Source: a virus
Taxonomy: Duplodnaviria > Caudoviricetes
Virus record (IMG/VR): IMGVR_UViG_3300011113_000415
Length of the DNA: 64,000 nucleotides
Direction: 5' to 3' (one strand)
Shown: positions 8,901 to 18,935 of the stretch, one piece after another
Position numbering within the stretch: the first letter of the stretch is position 1
How the letters are laid out: each line of letters begins with the position of its first letter
Translations under genes and position numbers: made by a program
Notes under the pieces: model-generated
Database searches by the model: none
What the model was told of the DNA's origin: nothing
Seen by the model: only the letters and a program-made list of their open reading frames with translations

Positions 8901-10191
8901 TTTTCATCCACCATTGTGCCACTTCTGGGCGCTGACTTAGTATGTCTGTCATTGTTACTTTTTGTGTTCTTATTCGTTCTAGTTGCAACACACGAGCCTT
9001 GCCCTTTGCTAGACCTGCGCGATACTGATCTGGCCACTGTTCCGCAAATGTAGGCCGGATCTTTAATTGTAGCAGTACATCACGCATGGCACCTGCGGAG
9101 CGGCCTGCTAGTTCGTCTATCCAAGGGTCCAATAACTCTCTAGGCAGAGCCAGTGGACTCATTATGATATCTGGTGAAAAACTGAATATGACCTTGGCCA
9201 GTAATTCTACTTCCAACTCTTTGGCTAAAGAATTCATAGCATCTACTTCAAACATGCCAGGCAACGTGAGAGTAAAATCCAGTCGCATGTGTCTAGGATC
9301 AGTGGCTATCTCTAAACCTTTGCGGAAATTCACAAGGAATGATTCAAAACATAGGCCTGTGCGAAGATATTCTCCAATGTATCCTGTTCCGTCAAGACTT
9401 GCACAGATTTGCCAATCACGTATGTTTTGAAGTATATCTTTGTAAAGATCAATCCCATTATGAGTAATCCTACTGAGATTAGTATTGTATCTTGCATATA
9501 GTCGGTCTCCATCTCCTAATTCAATGATTCTTTGCATGTAGCGCCAATGTTGTTCATACATCAGTGGCTCTCCACCAACCCAATATACTTCTTCAACACG
9601 GTGTTCCTCAACTGCGGCAGCAAACTCGGCTTCGACCTGATTTGCTTGAAAGTGTGCTATCTTTCCACGTATATCTGATCGCATCCAATTGTTTTTTGGA
9701 TCTGCCCAGTTGACCATGTCATGAGACTTTTCTTCGCTTTCCCAACTGGACGAAAGCATATCTCCGCAGGTTCTGCATCGGAAATTGCATAAGTTTGAAA
9801 ACCTATAATCCCACGACACAGGAGTCATGGTCGTTGATCCATCCGGCAGTGTGTTATTGTAAACTTCTTCGAGTTTGTGTTGAAATAAATGATCAAAGTA
9901 AGTTCTGTACACGTTTGTATTGAGTAACTTGTCATTGCATACTTCGCATTCTGGTAAAGTTTCTCCGGCCATCATTCTGCGCCGAACTGAGCGCATGTGA
10001 TCACTATTCCAATGCTGTTCTAGTGTGATAGGAATGTAATGACCTGTGCCCGAGTCTGTGTCTATATATTGTTCAAAGTTTTGCGCAGGCTCACGGCTGG
10101 CACAGCACATGCGCCGCTCGGTTTGTGGGCTTAGATATGTATGCACCCAAGGTGCCAGGCACATGGTATCAGGCTTTTGCATAAGGTTCAA
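8893..10191 (-). CDS. Radical SAM protein with N-terminal Twitch/SPASM-like domain (PW subtype)
   Basis: CNFRCRTC, GGEP; N-terminal CLAPW...MCC...CEVC. Confidence 0.9.
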   Translation of the reverse strand: MNLMQKPDTMCLAPWVHTYLSPQTERRMCCASREPAQNFEQYIDTDSGTGHYIPITLEQHWNSDHMRSVRRRMMAGETLPECEVCNDKLLNTNVYRTYFDHLFQHKLEEVYNNTLPDGSTTMTPVSWDYRFSNLCNFRCRTCGDMLSSSWESEEKSHDMVNWADPKNNWMRSDIRGKIAHFQANQVEAEFAAAVEEHRVEEVYWVGGEPLMYEQHWRYMQRIIELGDGDRLYARYNTNLSRITHNGIDLYKDILQNIRDWQICASLDGTGYIGEYLRTGLCFESFLVNFRKGLEIATDPRHMRLDFTLTLPGMFEVDAMNSLAKELEVELLAKVIFSFSPDIIMSPLALPRELLDPWIDELAGRSAGAMRDVLLQLKIRPTFAEQWPDQYRAGLAKGKARVLQLERIRTQKVTMTDILSQRPEVAQWWMKIA

Positions 10192-11302
10192 GTTCGGGGA
10201 ACACAGTCAACAAATTGTTACCTCTGTGTTGGTCATGATGTTGTAGCCATGCTAAAGCACTGGAAAAATCCCATCTGTTTTCAGCAAGACAACTAGTGAT
10301 ACAAGTGTCAATTGCAAATTCAATTCTTTCTGACACATGCCCAGCGTATTTGCTTTTTAGATTTTGATAAGCAGTCAACCGTTGATTTTTTATATCTTGT
10401 GGTAGATTTATGTAATGCATTTCTATAGGCTCATAAACCGGAGTTACAAATAAATCTGCTATAGAATTTTCTATTGCCCATTCAATCACTTGATAATAAC
10501 CCATGAGAGACAGATTGCTCAATGTCGTGGTCACCAACAAACTCATATTTGAATATTTTTGTGCAAGTAAAACACGTGACTCTAAATCTTGCCACACCGA
10601 TGGATAACGAAGATAATTATTTATTGGTCCTATTCCATCAATGCTGGCCTTGATATAAACATATTTAAAATTTTCACTTAAAAAGTCCAGTTTATCTTGA
10701 TCTATCAGTGTGGCATTTGTGTTGAGGTCCAGCGTGATATTTTTGGATTTGTTGTGTGTAACAAGATTTTCTAAACATTGAAAAGTCACTTTATCCCCAA
10801 AAGGTTCGCCTCCAAGAAATGTTATTTCTTCAAAATCAAAATTATGTACCTGGTCCAAAATTGAATTTTTTTTGAGATGTAGTATTGATCCTGATCGAAG
10901 CCCTAACTTTTTTAGTTCAATTTCTCTTACATAACTACTGTTGTTGACGCAAGACAAACACAGCAAATTGCAAGTATTACTGGTTATCACTTCTAAACTT
11001 GTCGGGGTTTGATTATAAAGCGGATTTGATAGAATCTCTTGTGTTCTTTCATCATGAAATTTATTATGAAGCAATCTAAAACTGTGTTTGTTTTCTTTTT
11101 CTTGATCCACGCAATTTTGGCATTGTACGGGGGCTTGTCCTGCCAGCAATTGAGACTTTACTTGCATTAACTCGTTAGAATCAAGATATTTTTCCAGGGT
11201 GGTCAATTGAGATTTATTTGTAGGCTTATACATGCAACAAGGAGCACAATTGGCTGGTCCTATATGCACAGCAGTCCAGGGCAAGTGACAGAAAAAACTC
11301 AC
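10169..11302 (-). CDS. Radical SAM protein with N-terminal Twitch/SPASM-like domain (PW subtype)
   Basis: CNLLCLSC, GGEP; CHLPW...PCC...CQNC. Confidence 0.9.
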   Translation of the reverse strand: MSFFCHLPWTAVHIGPANCAPCCMYKPTNKSQLTTLEKYLDSNELMQVKSQLLAGQAPVQCQNCVDQEKENKHSFRLLHNKFHDERTQEILSNPLYNQTPTSLEVITSNTCNLLCLSCVNNSSYVREIELKKLGLRSGSILHLKKNSILDQVHNFDFEEITFLGGEPFGDKVTFQCLENLVTHNKSKNITLDLNTNATLIDQDKLDFLSENFKYVYIKASIDGIGPINNYLRYPSVWQDLESRVLLAQKYSNMSLLVTTTLSNLSLMGYYQVIEWAIENSIADLFVTPVYEPIEMHYINLPQDIKNQRLTAYQNLKSKYAGHVSERIEFAIDTCITSCLAENRWDFSSALAWLQHHDQHRGNNLLTVFPELEPYAKA

Positions 11303-12507
11303 AATTGCTCCTTTGAATAATCAAGTAATTTGGCCAATTCAGGAGCAACCGTGGCCAAATTTTGATCACGGCGTTGATCCAGTTTTAATATTTGTTTTCG
11401 AATCTCAATACCATCAGTTGATTGACCACGCATCATAAAATCTACAATGTCTGCAAAATCTTTTTTGTATACAGTGAGTGCATTATTTAAATGGTCAGCA
11501 ATGGCTTGTTTGGCTGTGTCGGGCAAGGCAGCGATTGAAAAGTACCAAGCATCATGCATGATATTCCAATACACAAAGTCAAACCCTTGTACCGTAATCC
11601 AGTCAGCCAATTGGTCAATATAACGTACATTGAAAATGTTCACAGTACTACAACATTGCAATTGGATATTGCGGCATTGTTTTCTCAATTCGCGAAAACG
11701 TTGTATATTTTCTTGCACTTCTGTCCACCGAGCCCCTGTGCGTTGGTATTCAAATCTTTCGCACAAGTCATCAATTGAGAATGCAATCTCTACTGTTTTG
11801 AAATGTTTCCAAATGTGTTCTGCGTCGGGCCACTGAGTGCCGTTTGTGTTGTAGTGTATTTCAACTTGATGTGCAATACCACAATCCACGATGCCTTGTA
11901 GCATTTCAAAATGTTCTTGGATCATAAACGGCTCGCCACCAGTAAATTCTATATAGCGTATATGCTCAAGACACTGATCAATTTGTTTCCAAAATTTTTC
12001 ATTTTCACGTGGCCATCGGCCGGCTCGTAACATTTTATATGCAAAACTGGTCTTGCTGTGTGCCTCAACAGAATTGGCAATTTCTTCTACTGCAAAACTG
12101 CTGGAACTCCAGGATCCACATATACGGCATTTCAAGTTGCAGATGTTGCCCAACTTCAAATCCAAAAATATCAAAGGTTTGGCATCATGTGTCCACTGAT
12201 CACCTAGATCATTGTGCTTCAATCGATCCAATGTGTGTTGACGCTTTGATGTACCACCAGCATCCTCTACAGCCCAACATTTGCGACAGGTAACAGGTCG
12301 TTCACCTGCCAAAAATGCCTGTCGCAACTGATACATGTATTCTGAGTTTTGAATGTCTGCAAAATCGGCAGATTTCAAATTGAATTTGACACTGTTGCTG
12401 TCTACTATTTCATCGTCGGCCAAACAACAAGGACGTACAGTGCCAATGGGACTGGCCTCAAGGCTGATCCAGGGTAATACACAGAATTGATCGTGTGGTA
12501 GGTTCAT
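11299..12507 (-). CDS. Radical SAM protein with N-terminal Twitch/SPASM-like domain (PW subtype)
   Basis: CNLKCRIC, GGEP; CVLPW...PCC...CRKC. Confidence 0.9.
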   Translation of the reverse strand: MNLPHDQFCVLPWISLEASPIGTVRPCCLADDEIVDSNSVKFNLKSADFADIQNSEYMYQLRQAFLAGERPVTCRKCWAVEDAGGTSKRQHTLDRLKHNDLGDQWTHDAKPLIFLDLKLGNICNLKCRICGSWSSSSFAVEEIANSVEAHSKTSFAYKMLRAGRWPRENEKFWKQIDQCLEHIRYIEFTGGEPFMIQEHFEMLQGIVDCGIAHQVEIHYNTNGTQWPDAEHIWKHFKTVEIAFSIDDLCERFEYQRTGARWTEVQENIQRFRELRKQCRNIQLQCCSTVNIFNVRYIDQLADWITVQGFDFVYWNIMHDAWYFSIAALPDTAKQAIADHLNNALTVYKKDFADIVDFMMRGQSTDGIEIRKQILKLDQRRDQNLATVAPELAKLLDYSKEQL

Positions 12508-13889
12508 AATTTTAAATTGTATTGAGCAAATACATCAACCAACCAGGGGAATACATTGGGCCAATGTGTATTCCTTCTTTGGTCCATGGTATTTAAAAAT
12601 TCAAACAACTTGGCAATTTCTTTTGTGTTAGGAGGAAAGTGCTCTGACTGTTTGGCAATGCCTGCTAGATAGTTTTTACTAGATATCTCTTCGGGTGTGT
12701 TATTGGGTTTAAGTGCAAGTGCCGCATCAAAATCCTGCCGGAATATATCTCCAAATATATCAATAAACATGTAACTGGGGCTATTGACTGAATTTTGATA
12801 ATGGTACACTTTTCTAGTCTGATTCCAGATGTTTATTTTTTCCAGCATTGCTGGCAGCGTTTTAACAGTCAATGGAGTGATTGTTGAATTAATAATTAAA
12901 TTAATCCAGGGCTGAGCCAACAAGTATTCAAAATTCTTTTCCCATACGGTCAAGTTCAATGGAAATCGCACGTACTCTTGCGGTGCGCCCCAACAATCTA
13001 AACTGGCGGTTACTTCAAATTCTCTAATACAACCAAGATCTATCAATTGCTTTACTCTAGCAACAATTTTTTGCACATGACTTAATTTGGCATTTAGATT
13101 TGTAAAAATTTGTAGTTTTAATTCTGGTGCAGGGTAATGTTCAAACAAGTCAAGACACTGTTCTAATTCTGGTTGATATAAAGGTTCTCCACCTAGAATA
13201 TTGAATATTGAAAGTTCATGTGCATTTTGTTTGAGCCAATCAAACAGTTTGGCTTTGTTTGATTCAATGTTGGCGCTTTTTATAAATGCTGGATCGCCAT
13301 GACGAATGTTTTCTGCATCCCATAAACTGCTAAAGTGTGGTCCGCAGTACAGACACTTTAGATTACAGGTGTTGTCAAAATAAACTTCCAACATTCGGGG
13401 GGTTACACGTACAGCCCCAGGATTCTGATCCAGTTCAAGAGGTGCATGAACGCCCGGAAAGTCTAAGTTTGTGATTCTATCGCTGGCACCGCCTGCGGCC
13501 TCAATGTTACGACAGTAATTGCATCCTGACTCGGGCCATTCACCTGCCAACATGCGTCTACGATCATCTAATTTTGAAGGAGTGTTGTGAAAGTCAAAAG
13601 ATTTTGTGTCAAATCGGTGGTTGTTGGTTCTATGACAACTGGCTGTTGTTTCCATGGTCAAATAAACTGTGCTCCAGGTCCATTTCAGTTGGCAAGCAGT
13701 AGCAGTGTTAATGGCAAACCGTCGATTGGCCCTTTTGCTTTGTTTACGAAAACTCCCAGGAACATAACCAAATTGTTCTTGGCATTCTTTTTGAATTTCT
13801 TGCGGCAGTAGATAAAAATCTGCTTCTTGATCACAGTCGGGCCAAGCAGGATCACGTATCTGTGTGTAAAATTCTGCCCATGTGCTCAT
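12504..13889 (-). CDS. Radical SAM protein (KW subtype) with an extra N-terminal DPAWPDC module; start moved to ATG 13889
   Basis: CNLKCLYC, GGEP; CQLKW...SCH...CNYC; ATGA overlap with the upstream stop. Confidence 0.88.
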   Translation of the reverse strand: MSTWAEFYTQIRDPAWPDCDQEADFYLLPQEIQKECQEQFGYVPGSFRKQSKRANRRFAINTATACQLKWTWSTVYLTMETTASCHRTNNHRFDTKSFDFHNTPSKLDDRRRMLAGEWPESGCNYCRNIEAAGGASDRITNLDFPGVHAPLELDQNPGAVRVTPRMLEVYFDNTCNLKCLYCGPHFSSLWDAENIRHGDPAFIKSANIESNKAKLFDWLKQNAHELSIFNILGGEPLYQPELEQCLDLFEHYPAPELKLQIFTNLNAKLSHVQKIVARVKQLIDLGCIREFEVTASLDCWGAPQEYVRFPLNLTVWEKNFEYLLAQPWINLIINSTITPLTVKTLPAMLEKINIWNQTRKVYHYQNSVNSPSYMFIDIFGDIFRQDFDAALALKPNNTPEEISSKNYLAGIAKQSEHFPPNTKEIAKLFEFLNTMDQRRNTHWPNVFPWLVDVFAQYNLKL

Positions 13890-15148
13890 TTCAACGCCGC
13901 CAATTCTGGCAATGCATGATGCCATTTTTCGCCTCTAATCTCATCTAGTTCGTGTGTCTTACGCCAAAATGTATCAATCAATTGTGTGTTGTCTATGGCA
14001 TTCATAAACGTAATTGCGCTCCGAAAGCCTTGTGTGGCACGCCCTAATGGATCTCGATCACTCATCCAAGACAGATGCTTACAATATTTTTCTTCTAGAC
14101 GTTGTTTGTATTCTGTAGGAGCAATATCTATTCTATAGTATGTAGGGTCTTGCAATATGTTTACATTGAGATCTTGTGGTTGAATTAAGCCAGCCGCACA
14201 CCATTCCTGATGAAAATCGGGCAGATGCCAGGCATTTAATATGCTGAGTGTGGGCGAAATATAAAAGTCTACTTTGGGGCATACTGCAATCATGTCATGG
14301 CGATTTTTTACCACGTCATACCAACGGGTACCTTTTCGTATGTATTCTGCGGCGGTGCCCATGCCATCCAAACTAGCACCCACTGCCACTGATTCAAATT
14401 GTCGCCAATACTCAAATACACTTCGGCCTTTTAGGTCTGTATGCGTGAAGTTTGTGTTGTAAATCAAGCGCACATTAAATCTTTTTCTTTTTACAAGTTC
14501 TTCCAGGATGTTATAGTGTTCTTCCATTAGCAAGGGTTCGCCACCAGCAAAGTATATTTGCTCTACATAGTCCAAGTGTGGTTCCAATTGTGACCACATG
14601 TCTGTTTCTGTGCGGCCAGCATAATTTAAAACTGTATTGCGTTCTCGCCATTCTGGGCCTGCTAATTTTACTTGATCTTGATACCATTGGCTTGAAAAAA
14701 TATGTCCGCAACTACGGCATTTTAAATTGCAGAGATTGCTAAAGCGAATATCCCAATAGGTCATTTCAAAAGGATTTTTATCTAGTTTTTTTATATGATG
14801 TCCGTGATGCTTGTTGGCCGATCGGCGTCCTGAGAAGAATCCCGACGCTTCTTGTTCATAACAACGAGTACAGGCGGCATTGGGTGTTTCACTCAACATG
14901 TCTGCACGTAGTTTCTGCATGGCATTGCCTCGCCATATTTCTTCTAGGGTGTTGGTTCTACAGTTGCCCACAACACCCGGCTTCATTTCAGCATGGCAGC
15001 AGGGATATGCTTCGCCAGTGGGGTAAGCGTGTAGATGTATCCAAGGATAGATACAGAATGTTCGTGATTCCTCTAAGAGCCAACGCTCACGTTCAGTGAG
15101 TTCTGTAGGACGCACTAGATCTGTAGAGTTATACCGGTATTGAGTCAT
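13886..15148 (-). CDS. Radical SAM protein with N-terminal Twitch/SPASM-like domain (PW subtype)
   Basis: CNLKCRSC, GGEP; CIYPW...PCC...CTRC. Confidence 0.9.
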   Translation of the reverse strand: MTQYRYNSTDLVRPTELTERERWLLEESRTFCIYPWIHLHAYPTGEAYPCCHAEMKPGVVGNCRTNTLEEIWRGNAMQKLRADMLSETPNAACTRCYEQEASGFFSGRRSANKHHGHHIKKLDKNPFEMTYWDIRFSNLCNLKCRSCGHIFSSQWYQDQVKLAGPEWRERNTVLNYAGRTETDMWSQLEPHLDYVEQIYFAGGEPLLMEEHYNILEELVKRKRFNVRLIYNTNFTHTDLKGRSVFEYWRQFESVAVGASLDGMGTAAEYIRKGTRWYDVVKNRHDMIAVCPKVDFYISPTLSILNAWHLPDFHQEWCAAGLIQPQDLNVNILQDPTYYRIDIAPTEYKQRLEEKYCKHLSWMSDRDPLGRATQGFRSAITFMNAIDNTQLIDTFWRKTHELDEIRGEKWHHALPELAALK

Positions 15149-16466
15149 ACCATTCTTTTAGTTCAGGAAAGGCAGCACCAAAGTCTTTTGATCTGCGTTG
15201 ATCATATTGTGTGTAAAACTGCCGAAAATCATGTAATAATTTAGGACGATCAAATGCTTCTGAGTGCGGAGTTTTGACCACATCCAAATAATCAATCAAG
15301 CGTTGTGTGTGATTTACTTCGTGTTCGTGAATAAATTCTGAATTAGCCCAGTGCTCCAACCAGGTCTCTAAACGTTGTCTATAGACTGTTCGCAGATGGT
15401 TGGGCAGTACCAATGGTGATTGAAATGATGGAAAGCGTAGAATATTTAGTGTGAAACTGATAGCATCACGTCCGTATTCCAGTTTCCAATTCATTATACA
15501 TTCCAACAATTGATCCAAGGTGCTTAAACACAAGGCATTGATGGTTGACATCACATGTATGCCACGAAACTGCCCAGAGTCTAGAAGTCTTTCGACATTA
15601 TTAGCCCAGTCGTCCCATACTAGCCCATCACGGATATATTCTGCTTGAGTGGAGATTGCCTCATTTGACGTGTATAAGTCGATTGCCAGCCCGGCTGTAC
15701 TGTCAAGTAATCGGTCAATGTCAACGTCGGTGCCCAGGTTACTGTTGATAGCCAAGCGTGTAGTACTCTTGCCCTGATTATCTTTAAACCAATCAATGAG
15801 TCGCCAGGTGTGGGCGGACATGAGGGGCTCTCCTCCTGTGATTCTGAGTTCTGATAGTGTACGATGTAGATCCGTTTCCCACCAACTAAAAAATGCGTTA
15901 ACATAGGCATTATCCTCACCGTACGCAAACAGTTGAGAGTTGTCATGAGTGTGAGTAAAGTGGTTACGACCATCACTGACCAAGTTAGCGTAGGGTCCAT
16001 TATTTCTAATGTCCTTAACCCAAGTTGTGCTAAATGCAGGGTTGCAGTAACTACAAGCAAACTGACAAGTACGATCAAAAGCAATTTCCAAAGTACGGAG
16101 ATTGACGTCTTCTGTGGGTAGTAGATTTCTAGCCTCATGCAATGCCTCTATAGGATAAATTTTTGATTTATATACACGGTCTGACACAGCGTCGCGACCC
16201 ATGTCTTCAATCTTCCAGCAGTACTCACAGCCTGCGGGACGTTCTCCGGCCAGCATCTGGCGACGATCTTCTTTCTTTTGATCAGTATTGTGCAACAGCC
16301 TAGGGTTGGCCTGAACTCGATCAATGTCCACCAAATGGGCTGGAGGGTGGTGACAACTTGTGGTCATACCAGAGCCTAACCAAATGGTCGCATTGTACCA
16401 TTTTGCCGCACAAAAACTAGCCGAGAGTTTGTCTAATACTTGATGTTTGAATTCTAGATCGTTCAC
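15129..16466 (-). CDS. Radical SAM protein (KW subtype)
   Basis: CQFACSYC, GGEP; CAAKW...SCH...CEYC. Confidence 0.9.
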   Translation of the reverse strand: MNDLEFKHQVLDKLSASFCAAKWYNATIWLGSGMTTSCHHPPAHLVDIDRVQANPRLLHNTDQKKEDRRQMLAGERPAGCEYCWKIEDMGRDAVSDRVYKSKIYPIEALHEARNLLPTEDVNLRTLEIAFDRTCQFACSYCNPAFSTTWVKDIRNNGPYANLVSDGRNHFTHTHDNSQLFAYGEDNAYVNAFFSWWETDLHRTLSELRITGGEPLMSAHTWRLIDWFKDNQGKSTTRLAINSNLGTDVDIDRLLDSTAGLAIDLYTSNEAISTQAEYIRDGLVWDDWANNVERLLDSGQFRGIHVMSTINALCLSTLDQLLECIMNWKLEYGRDAISFTLNILRFPSFQSPLVLPNHLRTVYRQRLETWLEHWANSEFIHEHEVNHTQRLIDYLDVVKTPHSEAFDRPKLLHDFRQFYTQYDQRRSKDFGAAFPELKEWYDSIPV

Positions 16467-17572
16467 ACGTTGCTTTGGATAAAATTAACAAAGCGGTCAG
16501 GAAATTCGCTAAAGATTCTAGCACCTTCTGCCGCCAAGTGTTGTTGATTATACTTAGTTATAGCCATACTTGCAACCAGAAATTCCGCCATATCACTCCT
16601 ACACAGGTCTTGAACCACTTGGGCGATTCTATCCAATCGGTCTTGATTGTTGTCTATCAAGTCAAATGATTCGTCTATTAGATGACCAAATGTTTGATAT
16701 CCAGCACGATGCAGGTCTTGATAAAATCCGCGATTGGCCACTGCCACAAACGGATGTCCCATGGCAATGGGTTTGTAGATTTTTTCACTGCGTAGACTGT
16801 AAGGATAATCAAACACAGTTTCTGTGACCAAACTGAAATAGGTATCAATATAGGGTTCGGCACGAATGTACACGTCGCCCCATTTGTTATCAAACAGTTC
16901 ATGCTTGACAAAGGCATGTTGATATTGATTTTTCTGCCCTGAAACAAACTGTTCTACTTCGTAATTAGCGGGCAACAGTTGTATCTCACTGGGTCTTTCA
17001 AACAGATCAGTTGAGTAGGTATGATGATATACTGGAGTGGTATCTAGGTTGGTCCATAATGCATGAGTCAACAATCCTGTATCACGAATTTTTTCTATCA
17101 TGTATTTTCTGTGTGGTCTTGTGCGACCATTCAAGAACAAGAATTTATAGGGTTTGTGTAACTTGTTGTATATTTCATCTGCACGACCGCATTGTTCAGT
17201 GTTGCTTTCATAGCATGTTGCTCTGTAAGCATAATGATCGTAGACCATGCAGTTGAGTTCAGGCTCCATGTTGCCACACCCCACTAACAACAGTTTGTGA
17301 TTTTGAATTAAATCTAGCAATCCTAGCCGTTGACATTGAAGTTTGAGTGTTTGTGATCCTTCTGACGGATTGGCCAATATGGGCAAACAGGTCTCGGCCA
17401 GTTGTTTTACTCGATCGGCATAGCGATTTACAGTTTGTCTGGCTAGTATGACAATGTCACCGGGTTGAGATTCGTACTGCTCAAAATCCCAAAACGTGTC
17501 ATCCACCAGATGTTGTATTTCTGTATGTATCTCACAGGAAGTGTCACATACAAGTCTGCGATTACCTAGCAT
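16463..17572 (-). CDS. Glycosyltransferase-like protein (TEK/SEK motif), paralog 3; start moved to ATG 17572
   Basis: YFSLVTETV...RSEKIYKPIAMGHPF...GYQTF...IDESFD; KFLFLNGRTRPHR. Confidence 0.5.
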   Translation of the reverse strand: MLGNRRLVCDTSCEIHTEIQHLVDDTFWDFEQYESQPGDIVILARQTVNRYADRVKQLAETCLPILANPSEGSQTLKLQCQRLGLLDLIQNHKLLLVGCGNMEPELNCMVYDHYAYRATCYESNTEQCGRADEIYNKLHKPYKFLFLNGRTRPHRKYMIEKIRDTGLLTHALWTNLDTTPVYHHTYSTDLFERPSEIQLLPANYEVEQFVSGQKNQYQHAFVKHELFDNKWGDVYIRAEPYIDTYFSLVTETVFDYPYSLRSEKIYKPIAMGHPFVAVANRGFYQDLHRAGYQTFGHLIDESFDLIDNNQDRLDRIAQVVQDLCRSDMAEFLVASMAITKYNQQHLAAEGARIFSEFPDRFVNFIQSNV

Positions 17573-18935
17573 GATATTGACATTCTTTCCACCATGACCG
17601 CATTTCTGGAAATGTGGCCAAGAAATCTGTGCTACGTCGACGATCGTGTTCTGCAAAGAATCTATAAAAGTCTGCTCGTGCCTGGGAATGATCCTGATCT
17701 TGAGCACTACGCATCCAGGCGATGTCTCTGTCCAGTCGTGCCACTTCGTAGTCCTTGAATCCTTGATGTGGGTATCTTGGATCTTCCATGTGTTCCAGCA
17801 TAAATGCTTTGACTTCTTCTAATTTGACTACGTAACTTGGGGGCAAGATTTGTAGACTTTGCCAAGAGGGTGTGCGTAGCACAGGAGTATCAAACCATAT
17901 GCGTTGATAGTTGCGACTGTGCGTTCTTCTTAGGAACAGGATCCAGCCCAGTAATGATTTTAATCCTGTCACAGATAGATTGTTCATGGTAATGATAAAC
18001 GTGAGACTGTTGTAGGCGGGCACTTCGGTTAGATAGCGATCCACATTGTCAAACATTCGCATGTAGTCAAGACCGTGGCGTATGTATTCGGCCTGAGCAG
18101 GTATGCCCGAATCCACACTTACGTATTGCATGAAGTGTTCAATACGCCCGTCGCAGATTTTTTTCACTGAGTCAAGATACCGTTTGAACAATTCGGGTTC
18201 TACTGAGAAGTTGCTCGTGACATTTAGATGTAGTTTCTTAGAGGGATTCTCTAGCACATAATCAAACACTCGATAAGTGTTCCGGTCCATGAGTGGCTCG
18301 CCACCAGTCATTCTAAAATGTTCTAGTTCAGGGTATAGTGTGGGCCACCATGCCCAAAATGCATCAACATAGGGATTAGCATCCTTTACCGGAATAGGTC
18401 GATTACGCCCGGTAAAATGAGTAGGATCGTTATGAGTAGTGCTAGTTGGGTAGCCGCCCCACCGATCAACTTCTGCTTGCCATGTGGAACTAAATTGTGG
18501 ACTGCAATAACTACAAGCAAGATTGCAAGCATGGTTAAAATTAACTTCAACGTAACTAGGGATAACATCTTCTTCTCCTGAGGAATTTTTTATTTTGTCA
18601 AAATCTACGGCAGCCCAAGTCTCTCCTGAACGGTAGTGTCTGTCGCTGAGTTTGCCCTGATCTTCCATATTCCAGCAGTAACTGCATTCTGAGGGGCGCT
18701 CTTGACCCAACATAATTTTACGCTGTTGTTTTTTGTGTTCAGTATTGTGTAGTGCGGCAGGATTGATTGCTATTGCTTCAGGATCAATTGGGTGTAAGGG
18801 AGGATGATAACAACTGTTGTTGAGTCCTGTAGGCAAGTGTAGACTTACCTGTTTCCATTTGGCCAAACAAAGTGCTGGACCCAACTGATCTTTCATTTGT
18901 TCAGCAGAACTCATAAAAACACTTTTGTTTTCCAT
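17562..18935 (-). CDS. Radical SAM protein (KW subtype); start moved to ATG 18935
   Basis: CNLACSYC, GGEP; CLAKW...SCY...CSYC; TAATG overlap with the upstream gene. Confidence 0.9.
   Translation of the reverse strand: MENKSVFMSSAEQMKDQLGPALCLAKWKQVSLHLPTGLNNSCYHPPLHPIDPEAIAINPAALHNTEHKKQQRKIMLGQERPSECSYCWNMEDQGKLSDRHYRSGETWAAVDFDKIKNSSGEEDVIPSYVEVNFNHACNLACSYCSPQFSSTWQAEVDRWGGYPTSTTHNDPTHFTGRNRPIPVKDANPYVDAFWAWWPTLYPELEHFRMTGGEPLMDRNTYRVFDYVLENPSKKLHLNVTSNFSVEPELFKRYLDSVKKICDGRIEHFMQYVSVDSGIPAQAEYIRHGLDYMRMFDNVDRYLTEVPAYNSLTFIITMNNLSVTGLKSLLGWILFLRRTHSRNYQRIWFDTPVLRTPSWQSLQILPPSYVVKLEEVKAFMLEHMEDPRYPHQGFKDYEVARLDRDIAWMRSAQDQDHSQARADFYRFFAEHDRRRSTDFLATFPEMRSWWKECQYHAR

Noticed and set aside
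7765-18935. Classical RiPP gene cluster
   Set aside because: No RRE domain, protease or exporter was recognised and the peptide lacks a typical leader; kept only as a minor alternative hypothesis
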